Source: a virus (Duplodnaviria > Caudoviricetes). Taken from it: a DNA stretch of 56,434 nucleotides. How positions within the stretch are numbered: the first letter of the stretch is position 1; each line of letters opens with the position of its first letter. The stretch spans positions 1-56,434 of the IMG/VR virus record IMGVR_UViG_3300044638_006829, one strand, 5' to 3'. Positions 9,687-19,885 of the stretch are shown here, piece by piece. The notes below the pieces were generated by a model. The model was not told where the DNA came from. It was given only the letters and a program-made list of their open reading frames with translations, and did not search any database. A program made the position numbers and the translations under genes.

Positions 9687-10183
9687 TGAATATTTCGGGC
9701 TTTCTCGATCAGCTCTTGCTTCAGCTGTTTCAGCCGTTCGTCAGGATTCAAGCTGTAAGTCTTTCCCAGTTCCATGAGATCTACAACACTGCGGCTTAAG
9801 GCTTCGGGATTCACATAATCCAGAATATTTGCCGTGGCCTCCAAAGCTTCAGGAGATACACCGCCTCCCGCAATTCCCAATCCTCTGTGAATATCTCGGC
9901 GCATCTGCGCTTGAGGTGTTTTGGATTGCTGAGCCGAGTAACGCATTACATCCGGAGCAACCGTCAAGATATCGGCAGGGGGAACTGCACTTGCCGCAAT
10001 GCCAGCCCCGCCAACTGCAGCAGCTCGACGTGTTGCTGCCGGAGCAGCTAAACCTGCTTCTCTGTTTCTTTTATATTCTCCTACTACGTTTAAAGCATCT
10101 CCTACAAACGGAATAGCGTACAATATTCTTTTAGTCGCTGGATTTACCTGTAAAAAGCGAGGTACAGAAAAGTTAAACGGCAC
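9683..10183 (-). CDS. hypothetical protein
   Basis: 166-aa ORF filling the gap; A/G-rich hydrophobic segment. Confidence 0.55.
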   Translation of the reverse strand: MPFNFSVPRFLQVNPATKRILYAIPFVGDALNVVGEYKRNREAGLAAPAATRRAAAVGGAGIAASAVPPADILTVAPDVMRYSAQQSKTPQAQMRRDIHRGLGIAGGGVSPEALEATANILDYVNPEALSRSVVDLMELGKTYSLNPDERLKQLKQELIEKARNIQ

Positions 10184-10247
10184 GATCCTGTAGACGTATC
10201 ACCTATTGTCAGTTTAGGGTAAGATGACTTCAGATACTGTTCACATA

Positions 10248-10682
10248 ATGACTGTGACTCAAATCAAAGAATTTACTTACACCCCCAATGGCGTCAAAAT
10301 CGAGATCTTAAGTACTCATGATGATGGCGAATACTTCATGGTTCGTTCCATCACCACGGGGAAGGTGTTTTTCGCTTATAAGAATCAGGTTTTAGAAGAA
10401 GTTAAAGAACCTGAGCCTGAGGAAAAAGGCGTTAAGCAGCGCCGTGGTCGACAGATTGTTAAGCCTGAAGTGCCTGCGTTCAATCGGGTCAACCTCAATA
10501 GCGCTCCTCCTCAGCTTCTGACTCAAGTTCTTAAAGGAGTGGGAATCAAAACCGCTACTGAGATTAAAGAGCTTCAACAGTCTCTTCCCGGTGAACGTTT
10601 CAGCAAGCTGGATCAGTTGAAAGCCATCAAAAGTGTTAACTGGGATGAAGTTCTGGAAAGCGGCAATGTTTACGTAGAATGA
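10248..10682 (+). CDS. helix-hairpin-helix (ComEA-like) DNA-binding protein
   Basis: VNLNSA....L...LKGVG.KTA..I......F..LDQL..I motif; ATG at 10248 follows a TAAGAT box. Confidence 0.7.
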   Translation: MTVTQIKEFTYTPNGVKIEILSTHDDGEYFMVRSITTGKVFFAYKNQVLEEVKEPEPEEKGVKQRRGRQIVKPEVPAFNRVNLNSAPPQLLTQVLKGVGIKTATEIKELQQSLPGERFSKLDQLKAIKSVNWDEVLESGNVYVE

Positions 10683-10704
10683 TGTAAAGAACGCCTGCTG
10701 AGCT

Positions 10705-11325
10705 GTGGCCCAGTTAAGTCCGCAAGAACTGGAGCAAATCCAGAGTTATCTAGCTCAGCAGGGCGTTGTTTTTCAGCCTGATACAACTGACGCTACTAAG
10801 CGTGAAGTTGTATATGCAGCGATTAACCAGATAACCCGTAACCCAGCTCAAACGTTTGGGTACAGGTTAGATGATTTTAACTTTAGTCGTGTTGCGTATC
10901 ACTTAGGGTATAACATAGCGACTGTTCCTGCGGGTGATTACGCTCGCTTAATAGAAGCTTGCAATAGCGTTCCCAGTGAGTTTTATTTCGACAAAATTGT
11001 TCAACAAGTTGAGCGCTGCGAGGAAGCAGAGCGTTTAACAGAACTTGCAACCGGTCGCGCAACCAGTCGGCAAGAAACTATTTTGGGCGACGTTAGTCGT
11101 TCAATCAACATTCAAGACAAGCGGGAAACAGCAAAAATTTGGAGAGAAAATTACCTGTATGAGTGTGATCGTTTAGCGCACATGCTGTATATCCCGAACT
11201 ATCGGGACCCCGTGGCAGCCCGCTATCGGTTCGAGCGCAGTGGAGGAGAATTTATTCAAGCGATCCCTGGACCTCCTGATGTTTCAAGAGCAGACCGCCT
11301 ATACTTTTACGCAAATTGGCGATAG
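10705..11325 (+). CDS. putative head-tail adaptor or virion protein
   Basis: Helical 206-aa protein after the capsid module; positional inference. Confidence 0.45.
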   Translation: MAQLSPQELEQIQSYLAQQGVVFQPDTTDATKREVVYAAINQITRNPAQTFGYRLDDFNFSRVAYHLGYNIATVPAGDYARLIEACNSVPSEFYFDKIVQQVERCEEAERLTELATGRATSRQETILGDVSRSINIQDKRETAKIWRENYLYECDRLAHMLYIPNYRDPVAARYRFERSGGEFIQAIPGPPDVSRADRLYFYANWR

Positions 11326-11360
11326 ACGCTATATTTATGTGAGAGCAGTATGTCGGCCTA

Positions 11361-12956
11361 ATGGGACTTCGCAATTTAGATGAGGGGTTACGAGCCCTTC
11401 AAGGTATGGGAGCCGACGTACAAGATGTTCTTAAAGTTTTTGGACGTGGGTTGATAGAGAGCGGTATCTTAAAACCTGCAGCTAAGCCAGCTCCCGCAAC
11501 ACGCGCCATGCAGCCTTCTTTGGGTTTGCGGGAACGCCGTGGAGCTACCAGTGCGGCAGGAGAAAATATTGGCGGACGGTACTACGGCGGAGCACAGAAT
11601 ACTCCTCGGAATGCCGAAACTATTCGTTCAGGCGGCAGTGCTCCCCGTCTAAATCTTTCACGCGAAACTGCAGCTCCCCTCGCTAGGCGTCCTGTTGCTG
11701 GCCAGTTAGATCTGTTCGAGTCTGCACCTGCGCCAAATTTCCGCACAACCCCCGTGCAGGGTCCGGAATCTAAGCAAGCTTTAGATTTGTATGCTCGCGA
11801 TCCTGGTACTTTTAAAACCTTAGAAGAACTTGCGCAACGAGCAACTTCTCACTACGGCAAACCCGTCTCCGTCGACGATTTGATGCGTCCTGATGCCACG
11901 CGTTATCTTCGCGAACTGGAGTCTGGCGGCGGCGCCATGCCTCCTCGGGGAGCCGTTACAGCCGCTGGTCAGCAACCAGGCGGTGCTCTGGTTCAGTCCC
12001 CTGCAGGAGCGGTAAGCCCTCAAATGATCCGCACTCCCAGCAACGTTATTAATGCTGACTACAGCGTTATTCGTGATCTGCCTGCAGGTAAGACCGGTAG
12101 TGCGGTCGGTACTGCCACAACTGACTTAGGTCGTATGGTTCGCGGGTTGGGCTTGAGCCCCGCTCAAATTGCAGCGTTAGTTGCTGGCGGTACAGCTGTG
12201 GGCGGCGCCGCACTTACCGGATTAGTGTCTGGTGACCGCGATCAAACTGGCGTTCGTCCTTTGACTGATGCTGAAGCTTACCCGCGTCAAGACGGCGGCG
12301 TGGTTCCTGGAGAGCGAGCTGCGACTCCTCGGATGGCTGGTTCTTCTACTGGTGCTGGTCCCACTGGCCGTCCTGCTGGCGTCCCCACTCCTCGTTCTAC
12401 TACGGGGCAAACAGGCAGTGGCCAGGTTGTTCTCACCCAAAACGATCGCGAAAGCGGATATCGCCAGGAGTTGGCCAATGCGTTAGCGGGGGCTCAACGG
12501 GGTGCTGGAGCTACCCCCATGCCTGACCCCAACCGCCCGATTGCTGAGTATTACCGCGCTCGTGAGCAGTATGCTCGTCAACCCGGTATGGCAGCTGAAT
12601 TAGCTCTTCAGGCTTCTCGGTTACCCGGTGTTGCCCCTGGCACTCCTGCCTGGGCTTCAGCAAATCCGACGCTGGCTTACGAAATGCTGCAGCGTTCTAA
12701 AGCTCGTCCCGATCTTTCGCAGCAGACTCCTCAAGCGCAGTCTGTCACCGTGGGCTCTCAACTAGGCGACAACAATACCAACAACATGGCAGGTAACGCT
12801 GCGTATGGTGCTGCTGCTGCTGTTGACCGGTCAGCTGGGGCTTCGGATTTGGAAGACAGCACTCGGCCTTTGATCCGTCCTCAAATCAATCGAGTCCCCC
12901 TGGGCGGTCGTATGGTCCCCGTCGGCGGTGGGTATCCTGTAGCTCCTCTGGGCTGA
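11361..12956 (+). CDS. putative internal virion (ejection) protein
   Basis: A/G/P/R-rich low-complexity 531 aa with a hydrophobic AALVAGGTAVGGAAL segment. Confidence 0.5.
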   Translation: MGLRNLDEGLRALQGMGADVQDVLKVFGRGLIESGILKPAAKPAPATRAMQPSLGLRERRGATSAAGENIGGRYYGGAQNTPRNAETIRSGGSAPRLNLSRETAAPLARRPVAGQLDLFESAPAPNFRTTPVQGPESKQALDLYARDPGTFKTLEELAQRATSHYGKPVSVDDLMRPDATRYLRELESGGGAMPPRGAVTAAGQQPGGALVQSPAGAVSPQMIRTPSNVINADYSVIRDLPAGKTGSAVGTATTDLGRMVRGLGLSPAQIAALVAGGTAVGGAALTGLVSGDRDQTGVRPLTDAEAYPRQDGGVVPGERAATPRMAGSSTGAGPTGRPAGVPTPRSTTGQTGSGQVVLTQNDRESGYRQELANALAGAQRGAGATPMPDPNRPIAEYYRAREQYARQPGMAAELALQASRLPGVAPGTPAWASANPTLAYEMLQRSKARPDLSQQTPQAQSVTVGSQLGDNNTNNMAGNAAYGAAAAVDRSAGASDLEDSTRPLIRPQINRVPLGGRMVPVGGGYPVAPLG

Positions 12957-12985
12957 TCTCTGTTAATTCACCCTGAATCACAGTC

Positions 12986-13444
12986 ATGGCTGACTACTTC
13001 ACCGGCGCAAATTCCTTAGCTGGTTATCAGCTTCCTTCTTCTTACAGTTTTCCCAAATATATTACGGGAGATCTGTCTACGTTTAAGCCGGATTTTGGGG
13101 ATGTGTTTTCGCAGCCAGAAGGGATGCTGGGTTCTTCTGCGGCTCCTAGCCCCACGCAACCTGGAGCTTCTCCTGGTTGGGGGAAACAATGGGGAGATCT
13201 GCTGACCGGTGTGGGGCGCCTCGCTGGTGGTGTCGGTGCGGGTATCGCAGCTGCTAAAGGCGATCCGATGGCCGGGCAATTGCTCTCAGCTTATTTTCAA
13301 GATAAGACTGGAGATACCGACGAAAGCGGCGAAAGTTCCTTGGTTAAGGCGCTGAAAGCTCTACAGGAATCTGGAATTATTTCGCCCGCTAAGTTGGAGC
13401 CTTTCAAGTTAGATACGGGTGACAGCTCTAAGCTGTTGGCTTAA
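12986..13444 (+). CDS. putative internal virion protein
   Basis: Gly-zipper-like GVGRLAGGVGAGIAAA segment. Confidence 0.5.
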   Translation: MADYFTGANSLAGYQLPSSYSFPKYITGDLSTFKPDFGDVFSQPEGMLGSSAAPSPTQPGASPGWGKQWGDLLTGVGRLAGGVGAGIAAAKGDPMAGQLLSAYFQDKTGDTDESGESSLVKALKALQESGIISPAKLEPFKLDTGDSSKLLA

Positions 13445-13515
13445 TTTTTACCGCTCAACTCGACTTGTACTAGACTATTTGCAGAGTTGGAGCGCCCTCA
13501 TCCTAACAAGAGAGG

Positions 13516-14082
13516 GTGTTTAGTGTCACGAGTTCTACCTCAACAAACAAACAGCCCTGTCTAATCGACCGTCCGTTTTTACGGGGCGCTCGAATTACAA
13601 GTGCTACGACTACTTGTAACCCGACTAACCCCAATCTGACGGACTTAATTCAGTTAGTCCGCGTGGGGGATCTTCCGTCAGAAGATGCTGCTCTGGTTGA
13701 AGATATCACCATTGTTAGCAACGAAGGTTATCCCGATAACAGTGGCCGTCGGTCCGTAGATCTCGGCTTGTATGTCTACGCCCCTAACCAAGCAGCTCCC
13801 TCGACCTCAGCCGCGCTGATGGTGGGTCGGGTGGAAGTCGGCCTTAGCGGTTCGACACGCGGTATCCCGCAGAGTGTTCAACTGTTTGCTGTAAACGCCC
13901 CTGTTCCCCAGGTTGGCGACACAAACCTGTTGGCTCCGATTCAAATCGGTAAAGGTGAGGGCCTGTACCTTGAAAAAGGTTACATCCTGGCTGCAGGTTA
14001 TATCGGCACCGGCAGCACCGCTGTGTCTGGTGGTTTAAGTCCTTCTGGTATCACTATTTTTGCTCAAGGCGGTTTCTATTAA
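13516..14082 (+). CDS. putative virion structural protein
   Basis: Beta-rich; ends in QGGFY; start position uncertain. Confidence 0.5.
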   Translation: MFSVTSSTSTNKQPCLIDRPFLRGARITSATTTCNPTNPNLTDLIQLVRVGDLPSEDAALVEDITIVSNEGYPDNSGRRSVDLGLYVYAPNQAAPSTSAALMVGRVEVGLSGSTRGIPQSVQLFAVNAPVPQVGDTNLLAPIQIGKGEGLYLEKGYILAAGYIGTGSTAVSGGLSPSGITIFAQGGFY

Positions 14083-14088
14083 ACAGCC

Positions 14089-15621
14089 GTGGCACGTAAA
14101 CGGGGGTCAGATGACTTCGGCTTTAAATCATTAAAGCCGACTCCAAGCGTCGAACTACCTAAGAATATCAAAGGTGCCGACAATACTAAAGAATTAGGGG
14201 CACCTTTAACTTTTGAGCGTAGGTTTAGACCCGCGCTCAACACAAAGGACTTCAGTTTAGTTAGCGAGTACGATTACGCTTCCCTTTGGGTTCGTTGGCG
14301 TCGTGGCTACGAACTCAGCATGTACTCGCAAGAGGCGTACGGAGGTTTAACGTATTCATTTAAATACTTTGTTTCGGGCGCACCTGGGCTAGGTGTGTTT
14401 TTACCTGGGATGTGTTTCATGTATCCGACCACGCGGGCGGATATGCGGATGCACATGGTTGGTATTCGTCCGCGAGATTCTTTTAACTTCCTTAACTTCG
14501 GGTACTCGATTGTTGCAGTATCGGATTACGACCCAAACACATATGCCGTACGACTGAGTTCTAACTTTGGTGCTCCTATTTCGTTTTTCACAGGAGAAGT
14601 TTTATCTAATCGATTTACAGCAGCCGGTGTTGATAAAAAATTTGGATTCAATAACTACACCGTCACTGGAGTCGGCATTAACGGAGTCCCCGCTAATCCC
14701 TCATATGCTCCCATCTTCAACACACTATTTTTATCGCACACAGAAACTAACAGCTGGTCCGTGGTGGACGCCAACACACTTGCAATTCCTGCAACCGGTC
14801 CTCCGGCTGTTGGCGAGTATCTGACAACAGAGATGCGTTCGCAATGTACATGTCAGGATTTTCTCGGTAGAGAAAATTTCAACTTGTATGAAGCATCTAT
14901 TCGTAAAAAATATCCTTTAACTAAGCCTCAAAACTTAGACCCTGGTTTTTACGATGCTGGTGTTGATGGTTCTCCGCGTTTAGTTGATGCACAAGATAAT
15001 CCGGGTTTTGCTAGAACTTTTGGATTTATCTACATAAACAACATCTACAACACACCTAGTTTTGCGGAAGATTCGTACTCAGATCCTAATTTCTATTACT
15101 ACCAACCCAAGTGGTGCAAGCATATTTATGCGGCTATGTGGGACCTTCAACTTCGCTACGGCCAGGGGGATGCTACCAGTTCCTGGTTGCCGCAACCCGT
15201 GGACGAACCGCTAAACGAATACTATCGAGAATACTTCGCTAAAACGTTAGAAAAACAAACTACGTTTTTAAAAAGGGAGAAAGATCTGGTTTGGTGGGAG
15301 CGTTACAGCCCAGCTAAAGATGATATGCCTACGCACATGATGTACCCCGACATGTACAACATGATGGCTAAGACTCTTAATGCGGGTCAGCTGAACAGCG
15401 CTAGCGCTCTCCAGGCTCCAAGCTTTGAGATGTTCACCGTAGATGAATTCAACCCCTTCGACCCTGCATCTTTTGTTGTTAATACGTATGATGGCGGCAC
15501 TTACCTAAACGGAGTTTTAGTCAGTCAACCCATTAACATATTTGACGGCGGAACTTATTTGAACGGTAATTTAATTCCTCCTGCAGGTTTTCCTTCTCTC
15601 ATTAACGGCGGAACTTACTAA
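14089..15621 (+). CDS. SWIM-type zinc-finger protein with C-terminal DGG repeats
   Basis: CTCQDF...WCKHIYA; YDGGTY, FDGGTY and INGGTY at the C-terminus. Confidence 0.6.
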   Translation: MARKRGSDDFGFKSLKPTPSVELPKNIKGADNTKELGAPLTFERRFRPALNTKDFSLVSEYDYASLWVRWRRGYELSMYSQEAYGGLTYSFKYFVSGAPGLGVFLPGMCFMYPTTRADMRMHMVGIRPRDSFNFLNFGYSIVAVSDYDPNTYAVRLSSNFGAPISFFTGEVLSNRFTAAGVDKKFGFNNYTVTGVGINGVPANPSYAPIFNTLFLSHTETNSWSVVDANTLAIPATGPPAVGEYLTTEMRSQCTCQDFLGRENFNLYEASIRKKYPLTKPQNLDPGFYDAGVDGSPRLVDAQDNPGFARTFGFIYINNIYNTPSFAEDSYSDPNFYYYQPKWCKHIYAAMWDLQLRYGQGDATSSWLPQPVDEPLNEYYREYFAKTLEKQTTFLKREKDLVWWERYSPAKDDMPTHMMYPDMYNMMAKTLNAGQLNSASALQAPSFEMFTVDEFNPFDPASFVVNTYDGGTYLNGVLVSQPINIFDGGTYLNGNLIPPAGFPSLINGGTY

Positions 15622-16178
15622 TGACCTCAACTCCTGTTGTTCTTCTTCTAAAGCGATCCGGACAATCGTCGGATAGGCCGAACACTTCAGTTGTTCAGAA
15701 CGGCGAACTAGCGATCTCCGTGGGCGCGGCTGATCCGGGCTTGTATTTTGAAGATTCTGCTGGAGCTATTCGTAAAATAGGACCGTCGAGTTATGGGATT
15801 ACTGCACCAAACTCCAGCCCTGTCGGATCGGTCGGAAATTCCGTAGGAGAACTTTGGACTGATAGTTCTAGCGCATCGTATTACTTAAAAGTTTGGAACG
15901 GAGCCGCTTGGCAGAAGATTGGTGCAGGGTTTGCTGATACCTCTACAACTTCTACAACAGCCACAACAGCTTTATTTGCAACTCAAGCTAATACAGCAAC
16001 TTTAGCGTCTGGTGCAATCCTGGCATCTGGAGCTGTACGCGGATCTACAGTTTACTCTGTAGGTCTTCCTGGACCTTCTACTCAACCCTCAGGTTCGTTG
16101 GTTTACTTAACCGAGACATCGGGGACGTATCCGAGCGGTTTATACGTCCGAGCTGCCGATGCGTGGGCATTTATTTAA
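15621..16178 (+). CDS. short tail-fibre-like protein
   Basis: LKRS....RP......GELAI.....PGLYF..S.G.I.KIG N-terminal module; GELW.D...LKVWNG..W. Confidence 0.65.
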   Translation: MTSTPVVLLLKRSGQSSDRPNTSVVQNGELAISVGAADPGLYFEDSAGAIRKIGPSSYGITAPNSSPVGSVGNSVGELWTDSSSASYYLKVWNGAAWQKIGAGFADTSTTSTTATTALFATQANTATLASGAILASGAVRGSTVYSVGLPGPSTQPSGSLVYLTETSGTYPSGLYVRAADAWAFI

Positions 16179-16708
16179 GGACGCAGTGTGCTTTTGAGGA
16201 ACCACGAGGCTTTGAACATATCACCGACTAGCTCGGCTAAATAGTTTTCTACGTCGGGCGCATCTACTTCTTTAGCAATTTTTTGCAGATCTTTAGATGC
16301 AAACCCGCAAGTTTCTAAATTACGCAGATAGACAGTCAGACCGTCGCGTGTTTCGTAGGATTTCACATGTTTAAAATTTTTATAACTTGTTAGTAAACCT
16401 TTTTCGCACATAGGCATCAGAAAATCCATCGACCTGACAAATTCTCCGAGCTTGTCAAATTGTGTGATGTGTGCGTCGTATTGATCTTTAAGAAATTCGT
16501 GAATCGGTAAAAACAGAGGACCTTCGACGTTTAGGTGAAGTAAGTGACTTTGTACGTACAGTTGATGTACAAGCGAAGACAAAGACACCAGTCCGGAGAT
16601 AAGCTCTTCGACTGATGCCTTTGTTTCTGGCTGCTCCGGTGCTTCGGACATATCAGCTTGTTCCGTCGAGGAAACAGGGGCAGAACTGAAAGAACCGGAG
16701 AGCGTCAT
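16175..16708 (-). CDS. dps: Dps/ferritin-like protein
   Basis: H.LHLNVEGP.F..IH.FL..QY......D..GE; ferroxidase ligands retained. Confidence 0.85.
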   Translation of the reverse strand: MTLSGSFSSAPVSSTEQADMSEAPEQPETKASVEELISGLVSLSSLVHQLYVQSHLLHLNVEGPLFLPIHEFLKDQYDAHITQFDKLGEFVRSMDFLMPMCEKGLLTSYKNFKHVKSYETRDGLTVYLRNLETCGFASKDLQKIAKEVDAPDVENYLAELVGDMFKASWFLKSTLRP

Positions 16709-16717
16709 TTGTAGATA

Positions 16718-16984
16718 TCAGAAAGCGCAGCTAGCCGCCGTGGCGGGCTCTGCAGTTTCCACTTTAGCGCTAGAGGATGCTTTCAGATAATCTTCGAGTG
16801 CGCTTTTGTTTACGCGGTACAAAGATTTTGCCCCATTGGGTTGCAGATTGATAAAGATCTGCTTGGGCCAGCCGCCAGTTTGGTTGGACTCGGTGAGCGC
16901 AATACGCTTACGCACAAAACCAGAGCTGCAGTTAAGAAACTTAGCAGTCTCAGCGATAGTAAGAAGATTCCTGTCTTCTTGCAT
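16718..16984 (-). CDS. excisionase-like HTH DNA-binding protein
   Basis: LLTIAETAKFLNCS..FVRK.I...YRV. Confidence 0.7.
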   Translation of the reverse strand: MQEDRNLLTIAETAKFLNCSSGFVRKRIALTESNQTGGWPKQIFINLQPNGAKSLYRVNKSALEDYLKASSSAKVETAEPATAASCAF

Positions 16985-17134
16985 GACGCAATAAAAAGAA
17001 AAGTACAAGAGGCACTATAGAGCTGTTTCTGCCCCTCGTGACGGTTCGTGCCGCCTTTTTGATATTTTTTATGTTTCTCTTGAAACTTGCCGTGCAGCTG
17101 ATTGAAGTAGTATTAAATGAGACTTAGAGCGCTC

Positions 17135-17386
17135 ATGGCCATCCGGATCGCTGGTGAGATTTTTAAAGGATACAACCAGCCCAAGAGGGACGTGCAGAGC
17201 GGTAAAGAGCAGTCCGTGGCAGCTAAGGAAGGAGACAAGGTGCGCTTAGTGCGTTTCGGAGATCCCAATATGGAAAATAAAAATGACAATCCAGAGAGAT
17301 TAAAGAACTTTAGAGCACGTCATAACTGTGATGAACCCAAGAGTAAGCTGACGCCGGGTTACTGGTCTTGCAGAGCTTGGCGCTAG
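17135..17386 (+). CDS. conserved small phage protein (FRARHNC/YWSC type)
   Basis: GYN.PKR, VRFGD.NM, FRARHNC and GYWSC..W motifs. Confidence 0.7.
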   Translation: MAIRIAGEIFKGYNQPKRDVQSGKEQSVAAKEGDKVRLVRFGDPNMENKNDNPERLKNFRARHNCDEPKSKLTPGYWSCRAWR

Positions 17387-17429
17387 CGAGTAGACACAGG
17401 GTTAGACTTTAATTACCAGCGTCGGGGCA

Positions 17430-17681
17430 ATGGCAACGCGTCAAACCAATGACGGTCACGGGCACCTCTCATGCGGTCTAACACTCGAAGATGAATTTGT
17501 CTTAACCAGAATTCGAACTAAAGCGCATTCTCTTAAAAGCAAAGATCGAGATAGTTACTTGTGGGATAAAGTTTTTAAATTAATTTGTCGGGAGCGAGCT
17601 TATAAAACTGTTATGACAAAAGTAGGAGTTGCGGTAGACACAAACATGAATTTGTTTGATGACGAAGAGCTTGAGGCGTAA
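17430..17681 (+). CDS. NblA-like protein (divergent)
   Basis: LTLEDEF.L......L....RD..L......RE..YK..M resembles the NblA two-helix pattern. Confidence 0.45.
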   Translation: MATRQTNDGHGHLSCGLTLEDEFVLTRIRTKAHSLKSKDRDSYLWDKVFKLICRERAYKTVMTKVGVAVDTNMNLFDDEELEA

Positions 17682-17722
17682 GCTCTAGACCGTTTAAACT
17701 GGGAGTAACGAACGTAAAGATT

Positions 17723-19093
17723 GTGCCGCCTCTATCCCCTCAAGAAAAGCAATGGTTACGTGCCATTAGTTTTGCAGAGGGAACGTATCTTCCTGGTAAA
17801 GGCCCTCAATACAACATTAAGTTTGGGGGCGGAAGATTCGCGGATCTATCGAAGCACCCTGATACCGTTGTTCGAGGTAACGGCTACGCAAGTGCGGCAG
17901 CTGGTGCGTATCAGTTTATGCCAGGTACTTGGACTACCATAGCTCCTAAAGTTGGTGCGCGGGATTTCGGTCCTGAAGCACAAGATCGCGCAGCACTTCA
18001 GCTAATTCGTCAGCGTGGGGTTGACCCCCAGCGAGATCCGATAACTCCGCAAACCGTTGCCAAGTTAGCGTCGGAATGGGCCTCTCTTCCCACGCAGGCT
18101 GGTAAGAGTTTTTATGGGCAGCCGGTTAAAAGTTTTGCTGAAATTCAAAAGTTTTTAGCAACGGAAAGAACTGCTGCTCCTAGTACAGCTGCTGTTGGGA
18201 CCCAACAGACTGCTCCTAATCCGGCAGCTCAGCGCATAGAGTTACCTAGATTTGACATAAACAGTGCTTTTAAAAGTCTGTTGTTGAAAACCTCATTAGA
18301 AAACATAAATGAACCCGATACAGGTATGCGAGCTTTACGTTTGCGTCAGCAAGCAGATGAATTAGCTGAAGCAGGTTTTGAAGAAGAGGCGGACGTTCTG
18401 GAATCTCAGGCTACGTCCGCGTTAGTTTCTGACACTCAAAATGCGGGCATCGACCCTACCGCTTTAGTTAAGGGAATTTTAGATCTCAGGAAACAACAGC
18501 AGTCTTACAACACGGAAGTTTCTCAGATTGAGAAAAGTTTGAACGACGTGGCCGCGAGTCAAGTTGCCCAAGCTGTAGGCCGCAACACTGAAACTGGAGC
18601 TAAGCCAGGGCAAGCTTTTGCCCGGACATCGAGCGGTGGTATCGCTTATCCCAACGCTACCGTTACTTCTGCGGTAGACGCTACAGGGGAACCTGGTTTG
18701 GATTTTGCCTTAGCAGGCGGGCGTAACGCGATGTTTGTTTCTCCGTTTAACGCAGAGATTTTAAAAGTAGTGCGAGAGTCCAATCCACAGAATCGCGGTG
18801 CTGGCGGTAAAGGCTACGGAAATTATGTCGAGCTTCGCGGAACTTCACCCGAAGGAAAGAAATTTGATGCGCTGGTTGCGCATTTTGAACAAGTTAATCC
18901 CAACCTTAAGCCTGGGATGCGCATAGCAGCAGGAACCCCCGTGGGATTACAGGGTGAAACAGGTCGTGCTACAGGACCACACATTTCGATGGATTTTTAT
19001 GATCCTGGCTCAAATACGGCCAGTTCGGACATACTGCGGATAAGAGATATTGTTGCTGATAGAATTAAGCGAGGCAAAGCACCATTCGGATAA
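17723..19093 (+). CDS. virion-associated lysin: lambda-R-like lytic transglycosylase plus a degenerate M23/LytM domain
   Basis: AI.FAEGT, D.S.HP, AAGAYQF..TW, QD.AA and EWASLP; C-terminal GLDF, GYGNYV, AH and G.TG.ATGPH. Confidence 0.8.
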   Translation: MPPLSPQEKQWLRAISFAEGTYLPGKGPQYNIKFGGGRFADLSKHPDTVVRGNGYASAAAGAYQFMPGTWTTIAPKVGARDFGPEAQDRAALQLIRQRGVDPQRDPITPQTVAKLASEWASLPTQAGKSFYGQPVKSFAEIQKFLATERTAAPSTAAVGTQQTAPNPAAQRIELPRFDINSAFKSLLLKTSLENINEPDTGMRALRLRQQADELAEAGFEEEADVLESQATSALVSDTQNAGIDPTALVKGILDLRKQQQSYNTEVSQIEKSLNDVAASQVAQAVGRNTETGAKPGQAFARTSSGGIAYPNATVTSAVDATGEPGLDFALAGGRNAMFVSPFNAEILKVVRESNPQNRGAGGKGYGNYVELRGTSPEGKKFDALVAHFEQVNPNLKPGMRIAAGTPVGLQGETGRATGPHISMDFYDPGSNTASSDILRIRDIVADRIKRGKAPFG

Positions 19094-19587
19094 TGGGATT
19101 TGAGCAGGCCCGTACAGCGCAAAGGAAAACTACAAAGTATTTGCGCAAGCAAAATAAAAAACTTAGAAATCAGCTAAACGAGCAGCAAGAAAAGCTCGGC
19201 TCGATGGCAGGACAGACCCCTGCTGAGGCTACGCAAAATTTTTCGCAAGATTTTTATAACACAATCAGTAATATCGGGAAGCAATACAGCGAGCAACTCA
19301 GCAACTACAACCCTAATCTGCTTGCTTCGGAATCTGCTAAACGATTTGCCGGTGCTCTTTCGAGCAGCATGAACGATTACACAACTCGTTTGAATCAAGC
19401 GAGTCAGGCTGGTAGTGCTCGTCTATATGCCGCACTGTCTGCTCCAATTTCAAAGTTTCAGCAAATCGCTAACGATCCTGCATTTAACAATTTGTTGGAT
19501 TCTACTTACATGGCGTATGCTACCAATCCTCCTACCGTACGCAGCGATGTAGAGTCTATGAAGTCCCTGTATACGTATAATGTCTGA
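19093..19587 (+). CDS. putative internal virion protein
   Basis: Helical, Q/N/S-rich; TAATG coupling to the lysin. Confidence 0.5.
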   Translation: MGFEQARTAQRKTTKYLRKQNKKLRNQLNEQQEKLGSMAGQTPAEATQNFSQDFYNTISNIGKQYSEQLSNYNPNLLASESAKRFAGALSSSMNDYTTRLNQASQAGSARLYAALSAPISKFQQIANDPAFNNLLDSTYMAYATNPPTVRSDVESMKSLYTYNV

Positions 19588-19885
19588 CGGGATTAGAGAA
19601 TCTCGACACGAGCGTAAGGTTCGCTTCCACGGGGAGGCGCCTTTCGCTAAACACGACTATCGCTACCGCAGCCGAGATGTTATTCGGATGGCTGGTAAGG
19701 TTTGGGCTGAGAGTCCAGAGGAACGCACTCACCGTTTAGCTCGCGAAAGACTGTCCGGTAAATCCAAATCGACCCCCGTGGGCTTAGGTTTCGCGGATGA
19801 CGATAAATTCGGACCAGATGATTCTTTCGCTACTAGAAGTTTCCTTAGCAATATACGCGCCCCAGAGGACTATAGGATTCAATAA
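19580..19885 (+). CDS. hypothetical protein
   Basis: 101-aa Arg-rich ORF overlapping the previous stop. Confidence 0.55.
   Translation: MSDGIRESRHERKVRFHGEAPFAKHDYRYRSRDVIRMAGKVWAESPEERTHRLARERLSGKSKSTPVGLGFADDDKFGPDDSFATRSFLSNIRAPEDYRIQ

Noticed and set aside
10248-10682. Possible photosystem II PsbU
   Set aside because: No signal peptide; LKGVG.KTA fits a ComEA-type HhH better.
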